Made by a program: the position numbers and the translations under genes
Shown: positions 13,006-24,975 of the stretch, in pieces
Layout: each line of letters begins with the position of its first letter
Numbering within the stretch: position 1 is the first letter of the stretch
The notes under the pieces: model-generated
What the model saw: only the letters and a program-made list of their open reading frames with translations
The model's database searches: none
Told to the model about the DNA's origin: nothing
Source: Leptogorgia sarmentosa
Taxonomy: Eukaryota
DNA: 64,000 bases
Assembly: GCA_964658305.1 (NCBI GenBank)
Contig: OZ210885.1
Location: 20,088,001-20,152,000 of the forward strand
Direction of reading: 5' to 3'

Positions 13006-13320
13006 ATGTCGAAAAGGTGTGTTCTTTGTAATGAATTATTCAGTAGACCAAAAGATAAATATTTAATACAAGGAAGGTCAAAAGAAAACTTGCTTTTTGA
13101 ACTTGAAAGCTTACCGTTTACGGTAGATTTGAGCTCGAGCAAACACCTTTGTCGACGCTGTGTCAATGCTCTAAAGAAACGGCGAAGTTTAATTCTGCAA
13201 GTAAGAGAAATTGAGAACGGTTTGAAAGCAAAATATCCCGATGCGAGCAGCACAACCGATGCAATTGATAATGGAGATTCAAAATTCTTTTTGGAAGAAA
13301 AAATTCAAACAATGAAGAGT
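13006..13320 (+). pseudogene. N-terminal C4 zinc-finger fragment, probably of the element's deleted transposase
   Basis: MSKRCVLC...HLCRRC followed by a coiled coil; convergent with the helicase; no catalytic domain follows. Confidence 0.5.
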
Positions 13321-13354
13321 TGTTACCAACTGACATTTCTGATTGATCCATGTC

Positions 13355-15949
13355 TTATTGAACCTCGCTGTCCTCGTCCGCAAGGAACTGAGTGTCAAAA
13401 AGGCTATACATGGATGAGTCATTTTTAATTTCATCCCATACCATATCAGTTGCTGTGTCCAAAAAATCTTCTTCGTCCGAGCTTAGTTCATCAACATTCG
13501 CTTCTTCAATGTCATCGAATACCTCAGCCTTTAAGAATGGCTTTGGCATATTTTCTGTGCCAGATTTCACAATGTTCTAAAATATCTTTCATGTTAAAGA
13601 GTACATGGCATTTGTTCAGAACCTGCTGTATGTGAAACAAATTAAATTCTAATAGCACACTTGGGCACGAAGGGACTTTAGAACTTGAACTGGTATCAGC
13701 ACTATTATACAAATAATTCTTGTATGTTATAAGTTTATGTTTCAGTTCCAGTTTCTGCATCTCATGCACTTTTCTAATATGAGTTGGTTGATCCACTTCA
13801 ACTCCTTCAGTATCCAATGTCCAATGTTCGCCACAATCATCATTACCACAATCACACTGACTAGCACATACATCACAACAAACATGTGGAATGTTTCTAC
13901 ATTCTGTCTCATATCCAAAGTGACGCATGATATAGTTCCTTCTGCATTCTTCTGAATGTAAAAAGTCTTTCATTTCTTTTTCACAGCGAGTGGCCAATAT
14001 GCCATTAAACAGTAGCACACATGAGCTTTGTTCACCATCCCTTCCAGCCCTTCCTGATTCTTGCACATATTGTTCAATGTTTTTTGAAGGTCCAAAGTGA
14101 ATGGTTCGTCTAACTTTCTTGCAGTTGACTCCCATGCCAAATGCCACAGTTGCAATTAAAATGCGTAAATGGCTGCTATCCTCAGACATGAGTTGTGTGA
14201 CATGTTCTTTCACTGAAGAGGATGTTCCAGCATGATACATTTCAACTATTTTTTTTTTTGGCACACATTCACAATGGTACATCTTATCGCCCAAAGAGAT
14301 TAGGAATAATCGAAACAAAATTGAGCATTGCTTTCGAGTTTGACAGTAAATTAGTGTTCTAGCTGTACTCACACCGTGTTTCTTGACATCTTGTATCAGG
14401 CATGAGAATAGTTGTTCATAAGGCATGTCCTTGTCCAAATATGTCAATATGAACATCAAATTAGGCCTATTAGGACTTTCAATCCTGTAGAGTTGTGATG
14501 GTTTGATGCCAAGTGTTTCCATAATCTGGATATGTGTCGCTTTTGTGGCTGTTGCAGTAACAACAAGTAACTTTGATTCACCTGGTATTAGAGATACCAT
14601 CTCGCCCAAGCAACCATACCATTTTCGAAATGGCATTTTACCTCGATCAGATAAACCCCTTGTATAAATAAAATTTTAAAAAAACTCCGGTCAATATAAT
14701 TATTTATTATAAAAATTCTTTGAGTTGGATACTCTGGTCAGTGTATTTACATGTATGCACCGATCAACGGCCATCCCTGGTGCGACCCCGGGACTTCCAA
14801 AATTCACGTTTGTAAGTGTGTCATTCCCCCTCATTACCCAGGGGTATCCTTTGTACAAACAAATCAATTCTCACAGGAACTGTTTTGAAATCAGTACAGG
14901 CAGTATGTGTGGAAAATTAAGCATAGGTTCAGTATCATGCAGGACTATACAAAATGTAGAAAATCATGTTTAGGACAACTAATATATGAAGAATCAACAG
15001 CAATTGATAATTAAGTGTTTCATTCCCCTTCATTCCCCAGGGGTATCCTTTGTACAAACAGCCTCTCCTCATAGCCTGGGCATAGACTGTAGTGGGGAAT
15101 AGTTACGTGGAGCATATCTTGTACATGGGAATGAAACACTTACTTATCAAATTGTGCAATTTTGTTAGTATGTTTTATAACACCCCCCCCCCCCCTTCCC
15201 CTCCCAAAAAACCGAAACAATAATTTGTAATTCCCCCTCTATGCCAGTGAAAAATTCGTTTTGAATACCTCTATATATATCTCTGTGTTTTTCCTTGGTA
15301 TGTCCCGGTAACCCCCAGGGTTGGCTGTTGATAGGTGTATTATACATTATTATGTGTAAGCACAGCACAACTATTCACGCTTATTGCTTAATTCTAATTT
15401 TGAGATGGAAAATACATTCAAACCAACTATAACTTTTAACTTGTGCACTTACCACTGAACTATACAGTGTGCTTTGTCAATGACGACTCCAATTAACTGT
15501 TCACAAAAGGTTGGACATGAAAATAAGTCCCTCCATGTCTTAGAGGACAACAAACATTCAGGAGATCCATAGACGTGTGTATAAACGCCGTTCATTATCT
15601 GCTGAATGAATTCGGGATCTTCGCTCACTTCGTCAACAACAGCAATGGCAGGAAAGTAAATACTCTGAATGTAGTTGACTTGGTCTTTCATGAGGGCCTG
15701 TAGAGGCGATATGACCAAAATTGTACTCGATCCACGGGGTCGTTCATAAAGAATATCAGCCACTATCGGTAGACTTTGATGAATCAAAGACTTGCCAGAA
15801 CCAGTCGGCAAATTCACAAAAATGTGAGACGAAGTTTCAAAGAACGCCTTAATGCCTTGCACTTGTTCAGGAAGCAATTTCTCCACTTCAAATTGCTGTT
15901 TGACGGCCAAAAAGGCACTGTCCCACAAGTTCTCACTGAATTTCGCCAA
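13355..15949 (-). pseudogene. RecQ-like SF2 helicase, two exons (intron 15452-14659)
   Basis: LPTGSGKS, ISPLQALMKDQ, IDKAHC (DEAH mutated), TATAT, ATVAFGMGVN, YVQESGRAGRDG, CRR..CCDVC; GT-AG splice joins VQW|GLSDRGKMPFR in frame; frameshift near 13560. Confidence 0.9.
14756..15339. mobile_element. MITE in the helicase intron with TGCAC-type TIRs
   Basis: TGCACCGATCAACGGCCATCCCTGG vs CCAGGGTTGGCTGTTGATAGGTGTA; flanks GTA/TTA; same terminal style as the element at 24976. Confidence 0.65.
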
Positions 15950-16186
15950 GACTTGTGATATAATTTATGCATCTAACTTACATATTAATTATAATACCTA
16001 TCAACCAATCACGGCTGCTGATAGTTTATATGAACCAATGAGATCATTGGTTACAAAAGAAATTTATATGCAGCCAATCACACAGCGTCCCCGGAATGCT
16101 TGCGGACAACATACGATCCTAGAACAAGTATTATGGAGCTGATTCATATACTGTACGTACCCCCCTTACAGTCTATGCGTAGGCTA

Positions 16187-17538
16187 TCAACAACAAGCTT
16201 AGATGGTATACTATTCCTCAAAGGCTTAAAAGAAATTATTTCTTTGATTCCCTTCCAAATGTTCTTGATATGTGATTTATTATGTCTAAAGTAGTTATTA
16301 TAATAATTAACTTTGCTAATTCGTATAAGATGATTTAATTTATTTCTATATAACTTAAATTTGGAGTGATAATAAACAGATTGCGATTTGATGAACTTCT
16401 TGTATAGATTATTTTTTATTTTTAGAGATTTTCTAATACCAAAAGTTATCCATGGTTTTGAAAGGCTCTTAATTTCCCTTTTATTCATTTTCCTGTTCGG
16501 GATATGTTTATCAATGTTTGATAATTTATCATAAAATGAATCAAACAATAAATTTATATCATTATTAGAAGAATTATTGGTCCAATCAGCAGCCTGTACA
16601 TCCTGGAGAAAATTCAATTCATCAAAATTAGAATAATCTCTTCTAAATAATTCAAAATTTTTAGGCAAAGTGGAGAAGTTATTTAAGATAAGGAAATTAG
16701 GAAGATGATCTGATAAATCATAAACAACATTTCCACTAATTGTATGGTTACTAATGGAATTTAAAAATATATTGTCAATTAAAGTAGCTGAGTGGTGAGT
16801 TATACGTGTAGGTTGAAGTATATGAGGGTTATAGAAATAAGTGCCTAAAGAATTTAAAAATTCTTCACTAGGAGAATGAGAGTCCCAATTTAGCAGATTT
16901 AAGTTGAAGTCACCCATCAAAACACACAACTTTTGCTGATTATTAATTCTGTCAAGTGTATTATTCAAATACGTCATAAAAGTTGAAATATCACCATGTG
17001 GGTGTCTATAGATCACACCACAAATAATATTTTGATTAATACGACTACTTTGGATTTCAATCCAAAGAGTTTCATAGCCTGCCACCATTTCAGAGAGATC
17101 ATGTCTGACATTATAACAAAGACTGTCATTAATAAAAAAGCCAACACCTCCAGCATTTGATAAGCTAGGCTGAGAAACAAATGTGTAACCATTCAAATAT
17201 TGGTCACACAAGTTTTCCTGAGTAGTTTTCAATCTGGTTTCGGTAAGACCTATTACTGAAAAATTGTAGGAAAATTCCAAGAGCATTTGTATCAAGTTAT
17301 CAAAATTAGAGTTTAGACTTCTTATATTAGAGTGCAAATAGGAAAAATGGTCCGACGATATACATTCATTTATGATATCGTTAGTTTGAAATTCATCAGT
17401 AGTATAGTATTGGAAGTTAGACTGACTTGGAATATTCAGATCAGGATCAAGATTAGAAATATTATTTTGACTGTTCAAAACTTGTATCGAATCTAGTTGA
17501 GGTAAGTTATTCAAATGATGTAGTTCAGGAGGATACAT
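16187..17538 (-). CDS. LINE ORF2 apurinic-like endonuclease portion (truncated by the insertion)
   Basis: HSNIRSL, IGLTETRL, GGVGFF, VIYRHP, MGDFN, TLIDNIF, SDHLP. Confidence 0.93.
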
Positions 17539-17594
17539 ATTATCTATATAAATATTTATACAGTATACTCATCTTGATCAATATTATTACCTCA

Positions 17595-18353
17595 TTAGTG
17601 GATTTTGTTAACGTCCTTCATTTCCAAGACACTGATTACTGGACTATTTTCATCCTTGCGTAATAATACTTTTCCAGCCGATGTCCAAATAAATTTGTAG
17701 TTTAAACGTTTCTTATGCTCCAGGCATAGGTTGAAGAGTTTACGATTTTGTTGTGTGAGGCTTTCACCAATATAGATTTTGTGTTCTGCCACTCTCGTCA
17801 ATCCAATATCCTTAGTCGACTTCCCTCGAAGGTATTTCCTTGAAGTATAGAATTTATCTCGTACTTCTCTTCGAACAAATTTCACGATTATCGGTGGGTC
17901 ATTCTTTAAAGCACCTGCACGATTGTTCGACTTAGCAGCAAGGCAATGACTTACTGAGATATCGTGGTCTTTGATGTCTACTCCAATTAAATGACCAACT
18001 GTTTTGACCACCTCATTACAAACTTCATTCCTTTGAATGGGTATGCCTTTAATCTCAATGCAGTCTCTTCTTGAATACTGTTCAGCATTATTTAATTCTT
18101 GTTTCATTATCTTCAGGCTGTTGGCCGTATTTTGTATCTCAGCTTTAAGGCATACATTCTCGCCAGCAAGACGAGAATTCTCTTCTTCTAAGCTTTTTAT
18201 CTTCGGAATGAAATCATCATATTCCTTAATTGACTCTTCAAGTTTGTCAATTTTATCCATCTTAGACTGCAATTTATCTAAGGTTTTAAGCACAGGATCT
18301 AACTTTTTATCCAAAAGATTACTTATTAATTGCTCCAATGACTTTTGATCCAT
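17595..18353 (-). CDS. LINE ORF1 (coiled coil + RRM-like + C-terminal domain)
   Basis: Intact 252-aa ORF with EQYSRRDCIEIKGIP, PIIVKF, IYIGESLT, KFIWT. Confidence 0.9.
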   Translation of the reverse strand: MDQKSLEQLISNLLDKKLDPVLKTLDKLQSKMDKIDKLEESIKEYDDFIPKIKSLEEENSRLAGENVCLKAEIQNTANSLKIMKQELNNAEQYSRRDCIEIKGIPIQRNEVCNEVVKTVGHLIGVDIKDHDISVSHCLAAKSNNRAGALKNDPPIIVKFVRREVRDKFYTSRKYLRGKSTKDIGLTRVAEHKIYIGESLTQQNRKLFNLCLEHKKRLNYKFIWTSAGKVLLRKDENSPVISVLEMKDVNKIH

Positions 18354-18456
18354 CTTTCAATATGATTAAAGCAAAAATATACAAGAAAATTCGAAAATTA
18401 CTTAAAATTTTAGCAGAGCAAGATGAACCGCCATCTTCACTCCAGTGCTTCCACTG

Positions 18457-19620
18457 TCATCCAGTCATCAAATTGATGCTATTTACGGATCCACTTATTT
18501 TTTTAACTTCTTTCCACCACTGACGGGGGTTGGCCCCTTTCAAATCTTGGACTTTTGAGGCATAATATTTAGCTTTGCACAATTTCCTTTCTCTGTTGAC
18601 GGCGTTGCGGTAAAACTTGAATTGAATACTATTCTTGTTGGAGTAGAAGGCTACTTCTCTCTTACGTATTAGATCTTTTAGCTTAGTGGACATCCATGGG
18701 GAATCATTGGTGTGGACTTTGATCACTTTCTCTGGCATGATATGATTCAGACCAATTTTTATTAGGTCAGATAAAAAATCTAATTTTCCCGTACAGTTGA
18801 CGTTGTTATTGATAGTAGCCCAGTCGATGCTACTTAAATATCGCCCAAGTGCGGCCTTGTTGCTTGCTCTCGTATCTCGTAGTCTCCTGCTATAACAATA
18901 CTGCAATCAGGATATAAGGATTCGGCCAATGTTAAACTTTGGAATAAATGATTAATAATTGAATGGCAGTCTGAACCACGTGGATGGTAAATGACAGCGA
19001 TGATAAGGCAGATAAACCCTCGGGGAAGACGCATAGGGTTGAGCTTAATCCACAAAGTTTCATGATCGTTACAGCATTGTAAATTTTCAAGGATTTCATA
19101 TTTTATCTGTTCTCGGGCATAAATACAAACCCCGCCGTGCTCTCGAACAACGCGGTCTTTCCGAAATATATTATAGCCGGAGATATTGATAACACTGTCA
19201 TTAATTCTGTCTTTTAGCCAGGTTTCGGTAATGAATCCGACATCTACATTGTATCATTGAAAAAAATGTTGAACCTCAACTACCTTCGGAGCCAGATACA
19301 TAGTATTCGAGAGCATAATAGTTGGGACAAAATAATGTTTATCGTGGGACGACGTTCCACTTGATTTAACATTGCTTATATTGATTAAGTTTGAAAAATT
19401 CACTCCACGCCTTGTTCTGTGATTTGCGTACGATTGCTGCATATTAACACATACGTGAATATTATACCTTTTTCTTGCTTCCTCACCACCCCGTCTTCCT
19501 CTCGCTCTCCGAAATAAATCCCCCATACTCGAAATACTATTATAGTATTGGAAAGGCTGATTCTTTCGTCGCTGGCACCAGATATGTTGTTATTGCATAA
19601 GATGGCCGACCTTTTGACGA
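18457..19620 (-). mobile_element. 5' part of a second, decayed APE-type LINE (endonuclease region)
   Basis: RARGRRGG, LSNTMYLAPK, GFITETWL, RKDR..HGGVCIY, VIYHP, IAGD, DSPWM, FYRNAVNRERK, PRQWWK; RT part absent. Confidence 0.82.
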
Positions 19621-19979
19621 ACTGCCAACTGTAACACAACTTCTCAAATATAAGAACCAATACACGACTGTACTCGGGAATAACCACATAACTTTCTTCA
19701 ATATACCTTAAGCTCCATCAGGCAGAATTTTGATAAGATATAGTAATATTTAAAGGTGATTAAAATCGAAAAATTCGAAGAGCTAAACAAACCTATGCAG
19801 TCGTGACCGGCGCTTAATAGCCTTAGAACAGACAACAACAACTAGCTTTTTGATCCATGGAGTAGACCTAAATAAAGATGACATAAATACACTTGATCCG
19901 AAGGTGATGATGAATGACAACATAATGAAAGTGCTGTTTGAGTAAGTATTATCAATAGTTTATATATGTATAAGATTTG

Positions 19980-20405
19980 ATTTGGTATACTTCGATTTCG
20001 CACTTCATTGGCAAAATCAACGGGATCTGAAATCGTATACTTGTTTATCGCAAGAGGCTTTAATTTCTCGTAAAGCCACTTGGCCAAAGGATAGTTGTAT
20101 GTTCTAGTTGCTGAAAGAATTGGGCGCACAGAGAGTGTTTGTTTATGCATCTTTGGTAGACCATACAAATGAGCCAATCTTGAACCACTCGGACATAGTG
20201 ACGCAGCACTCGATGCAGGTAAATTCCGCTTTAAGCACGATGTAAGTTGCCTCTCTTTTTCTCTTTTTGGGTGGTATACCTCTCGTTCGAGGTTGTTCTT
20301 CAGTTACCCTCACAAACTGGTTGTTTTCCTAACCGATGCATCACTCAATAGCTCCAAGTATTCCGTTTTGTCCATTATCACAATACCATTCCCTTTATCT
20401 GGCTT
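19980..20405 (-). mobile_element. Penelope-like element RT fragment
   Basis: KPDKGNGIVIMDK and HLYGLPKMHK..VRPILS..YNYPLAKWL. Confidence 0.82.
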
Positions 20406-20719
20406 AGCTAACCCTAACCTTTCCCTTCTGCATGTATAGCTAACTCAGTTCATAGTCACTACCTAATAAATGTTGTCATCATCATGAAACAATGGTTCAA
20501 ACGAACTTTTAATTAATACTTCTCGAACCGTGTAATTTCCTATACTAATTCCTTAGAATTTTTCAATTCAATAACATCGCCATTTTTCTTCTTGCTCCAA
20601 ACTTTTTTGGCCAAGGAAGAAAATGTCTGCAAACTAAATTTCTTTATAGGTGCATATATATCTGGATCTGAAGAGAGTATATTGTTCTCCATGTAACTAA
20701 CTGCAGCTGCTTCACCTTA

Positions 20720-20832
20720 AACGTAACATGATAAGATAACGTAACATAAGATAACATAACGTAAAATAACATAACATAACATAGCATAACATAACAACAT
20801 AAGATAACATATAACACACAACATATAACGCA
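20720..20832. repeat. Degenerate (ATAAC)n microsatellite
   Basis: About 20 imperfect pentamer copies. Confidence 0.88.
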
Positions 20833-20880
20833 TCGCATAGGGAATTTTAATTATGCCTAATATAAATAAACAAATAAATA

Positions 20881-23800
20881 CCTTTCTGATACATATTCTT
20901 CATGTCTGATTCCACTTTACTTGGAGCGACAGACCCACTTGTCAAGTGGACAAGAGAAGTATACTCATTGTCGAAAGGGTTAATTGTGTTGTTCATCAGC
21001 TCCATGATGTTGGAAACAGCCTCTGCATCTGCCTTGATCTTGGTTTTGTCCATGTCTTTCTGTTTCCTGTAGAAAGTTGGAATTTTAAATTTTTAAAATG
21101 CAGACATCGGCAATTTGAAAAATTAGGTTATACCTTTCAACATCTGTAATATTGGCCATTTCTTGACAGTTTCGAGAAATTGCACATCTTTCACTCTTTC
21201 CTTCGATAATATTGAACCGCACCTTTATTTAGGGTAAAACCTACAAGACCTCCTTTGGTTTTCGAGTCTTTGTTTACAGTCTGTTCGATCGTCTGGTCAC
21301 AAGGTATACTTGAAAAAGAATGATTTTTCTGTCACTGTACAGTCCAGTTGTCTGTGATGTTCTCGGCTATATCTATGAATTAAAACCCATGTTAAGGGGG
21401 TCCAATATTATCGAAAAAATAAAGTTGTATAAATGAAAATATACTATATACTCATACTCACAAGGGTGTGTGTGTTCAAGCAAAGACATTTCAAGCCAAT
21501 AACAAGGAGTATATCGGGAATAATTGACTCTGTCTGTGACAAAAAACCATGGGATCATTGTTCTAAGTGTTGAAAGATGTAAGTTCCAATCGGAAGTTCT
21601 GGTGGCTCGAATGAAAAGCAATAATAACGTTGGACTTTCTTCACTGCGCTTTTGGACGAAGCATTCATAAGCAGTATTCCAAGACATAAAATCCTGGTCG
21701 ACAGAGATAAGTTGAGCCATATTCTCGTCGAAATGTGCAAGTAATTTGTCACCAATGACGCCCAATTTCTCTGATTCAGACCCTTGCAACGATTCGTAGA
21801 AAGCTAGTAAACAGAGTCTCTGCATTGCTTCGAATACAAGTTTGTGAGCTCGTACACAACGGTTGTAATGCTTTCCTGAGAAAACTGTTTTTACTGAAGC
21901 GGGTGCAACTACCTCAGACTCAATCAATATATCCTAAAAAATGTTACACAACAGAATTACCTCTTTTACCGTATTCTCTCTATTAAGCTTCGGGGGTTAT
22001 TCTTTTATATATCCTAGAGGGGGAATTAATAGAGTTAAGGGGGCTCAATAAAGTTCTTCAACTTAAAATGGGACCTTTTCAGAGGGGGGGGGACTAAATA
22101 TAGAGAGCACCATAATTGCCTTGTTAAAAATTCCCTAGTCACTGAGCAAAAATAAAAGGTCGACCAAGTAATTTTTTCGGTACCGGTATCTTGATAGACT
22201 GCCGGGAGTAGAAACCTTTCATCAATAAATTAGTGTTTATTAAAAATATTTAGCCTACCTTCAATCCTGTGTCTTTGAAAACTTTGCCAATTCCACTGCA
22301 AAATGACATGATTGTGTGAAACTCTCCCAGTCTCACAACAACACGCGCGTTAAACTCGACTTCTTTCCATCTCAGCATCTGCACCTTTGCATAAATTGCT
22401 TCGTCGAATACAACCACAATTTCCGGAATTTGAATACGTTCGCAAATAGAAACGCTCTTCTTCAAAATTGCGTTGATTGTTGCCATATCTGTTGCAGGAT
22501 TGTCAATTACTGGAAGATAGCCAATGTTTGATAGTGCTGGAATCTCTCGGACTAGCTTTGTATTGAATCCTGTCCATCCAGGAACAACGCATCCAATATC
22601 GGTTGAGAATATTCGACATATCACAAACGCTAGGTCCAGATTTCTCCCTGTGATTTGAAGGAAATCGTCATCGTGAATCTCTAAGTCGTTACCAGAAACA
22701 TACTGCCTTAACGATGGAAGACCTTTCTTGGCACTGAAATACGGTTCAATGTTGGTTGCAGGGGCCTTTATTGTACGGACCTTTTTACTTACTATTAATT
22801 TATCGCGATGTGAAGGTGTCCCCTTTTGGATAATGATTCCATTTACAACATGGGTTGTACCTTTGCCTGTCACTGTCTCTTCAATGAAGTCGTTATTGTC
22901 CCATACAATTGTACTGAACATGCCAACATTCGCATTTCGTGGTATGATCACAGAGTCAGATGACTGAAGTGTAGCCAGGGCTGAATCATGTGTACATACA
23001 GTGTCGGACGAAACAGTGTGTCCAAGTCCATACAAAATATCGATCAGCTTTCTTGATCCAGTTAACTGACGAACAGTCATGCCAAGCGCCAATGATTTGT
23101 GAGTTTGCTTTCTTCCTTTTGCCTCAGCATAAATCAAATCTTGGCATATTGAAGCAACCTTGCAGCACTGATCATGTGGTATGTTAACTTTATGTTGCAA
23201 CTCTGGTTCATCAGAAAATCCAACAATCCAAGCAATAAAGTTAAATAATTGGTGAGGTATGGATTGAAGTGCATTTACAAGACACAAATCGGTAGCATCA
23301 GGAGGCCAATCTGCCACACCTTTGGCATCCCTCAATATTCCTCTCACTTCCATTGCTACATTGAACACTTGACGTGCTTCCATATCTTCCGTATTTCTAC
23401 CCTCCTCGTCGTAGCAGTCATCGTTTGCGTCATCGTCGCTGTCAGTTTGATCAATTTCCATGGCATGATCTGCTATTTCTCCAGCAACAAGGTCAGCTGA
23501 ATAAACTAGTGTTCCTATGTTTCTGTTTTTGGATGCATGAAACACTATTGAGTTGGGATAGCGCGATTGAATTCTTTTCTTTAATTGTGACGCTTGGTAT
23601 GGGACATTACTGTCTGAATCAACATCGATTTGAATCACAGCTTCTTTGAACTTTTTCAAAATAATACTCAACAGGAATATTTCCTTACCGTCTATAATTC
23701 TGTTATCTATTACGTTAGTACAAATAGCATCAAATGCCTTGTCGTAGACTGAAGTTCCTAAATTTGTCTTTGCCTTGTTGTCCATATTTGAAACATTCTT

Positions 23801-24554
23801 TGTGTACTTGTAATAACATTTTCGATGATACTTTACCTCTATAGCAACACAGTCCTTCCCGTGTATGTCGACCAAAATGCTGTTATCATTTTTTAGTTCT
23901 GCTGCCTCTAGAAGACGTCCAGCAGTAATTGTCCGTGCAAGTGAAATGTACTGTTTAACCCTTTTCTTCGTATTCTACAAGTAGACATAAAAAATAGTTG
24001 GTATGTGGTATTAAAAACGCATATGCCTTTCATTGAATAGTACTTACTGGATCAGTGACATATATTGGTCCCGGTTCCTTGCATATTAAGCAACATTCCG
24101 GAAGAACATGCGATGACTTTCGAGTAGAAATGTTAGCATCGTTTGTTCCATTTGGATCTCTCGGTCTTCTTGACCTTCGAATCTTTTCTTCAGGACCACT
24201 ATACTCCGTATCTTCGTTTTCTGGGTTATTTTGAGTAAGACCTGCAGAAGTTCTCTTTTCGGTAGAATTTTTAGCTCGTTGCAATTTAGTGACATCAGTA
24301 AAACTTCGATAACAAGACATGTGATAAAATGCAGGCTCTTGTAACTCCCGAATATTTTTAACGTGGTCAGGTATAAAGTCAAAAGACTGATTTGATACTT
24401 TTGGTTTACGTTACACTCGTTGTCTGGAAGAGCAACCCATTCCTCTCCTTCTCACACGTATAGTTTTCAAAGTTTCATCAGATAGTGTTTTCTGCGGCCC
24501 AAATTTTCCGTCAAAATGGATGATGCAAGCTGATCTACCCTCGCTATCTCCCAT
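20881..24554 (-). pseudogene. Academ (AcademX-type) transposase, intron-containing, 3' truncated
   Basis: CVAIEVKYHRKCY, WDNNDFIEETVTGKGTTH, PGWTGFN, IGYLPVIDNPAT, VFDEAIYAK, RLGEFHT, GKHYNRCVRAHK, FFVTDRVNYSRY, DQTIEQTVNKDSKTKGG. Confidence 0.8.
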
Positions 24555-24975
24555 ATTACGTGGAAAACTTTAAAGAAGTCACTACTTATTCAAACTTATT
24601 CATTGTGAAGTCCATTTTAAAAAAATAGTTTTAAAAACCCTACATTTTCTTGTTTTTTTAAAAAATAATATGTTGGGATGGGTTGTCCAGTTCGGTATAG
24701 AGATCCTGAAGATTATCTTCCATCACTCAAAAGTGCTACCCGGTCATTAAATTGATGGACTGGGGTGTAATTTAAGAATTTGTCACTGATGGAATTCTGT
24801 GAAAGGCTACGGTATAAATTAAAGATGGCGGAATGCTGTTTTCGACGAACGGCAATTAAAAATGGAAAATACAAAAAAACTGCAGGTGTACGACTTGGGA
24901 ACTCTTCAGATTCGGAATCAGCGTGGTCGAAAATGGTATGTTTTGTAAAAATTTCTCAGATCTAAGACGTGCTTA

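Larger units (their letters stand above)
12800..16186. mobile_element. RecQ-helicase-encoding DNA transposon (AcademH-like), internally deleted
   Basis: Termini TAGCCTGCGC / GCGTAGGCTA; TSD TCAACAAC (12792-12799, 16187-16194); excision restores LINE ORF2 KLVVD|NNAITD. Confidence 0.85.
10830..18450 (-). mobile_element. Near full-length CR1/L2-group LINE (ORF1 + APE-RT ORF2), interrupted at 12800-16186
   Basis: ORF1, endonuclease and RT are collinear on the minus strand; outer boundaries approximate. Confidence 0.88.

Noticed and set aside
13355..15949. Host RecQ/WRN/BLM gene
   Set aside because: Lies inside a TIR/TSD-bounded insertion, lacks HRDC and other host domains, and the DEAH motif is mutated
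20408..20420. TAACCCTAACC telomere-like motif beside the Penelope fragment
   Set aside because: Under two repeat units; compatible with chance or a MITE motif
20644..20838. 64-aa ORF rich in CYVML
   Set aside because: Translation of the (ATAAC)n microsatellite
21968..22110. Possible small MITE in the Academ intron
   Set aside because: Right TIR too degenerate and no TSD
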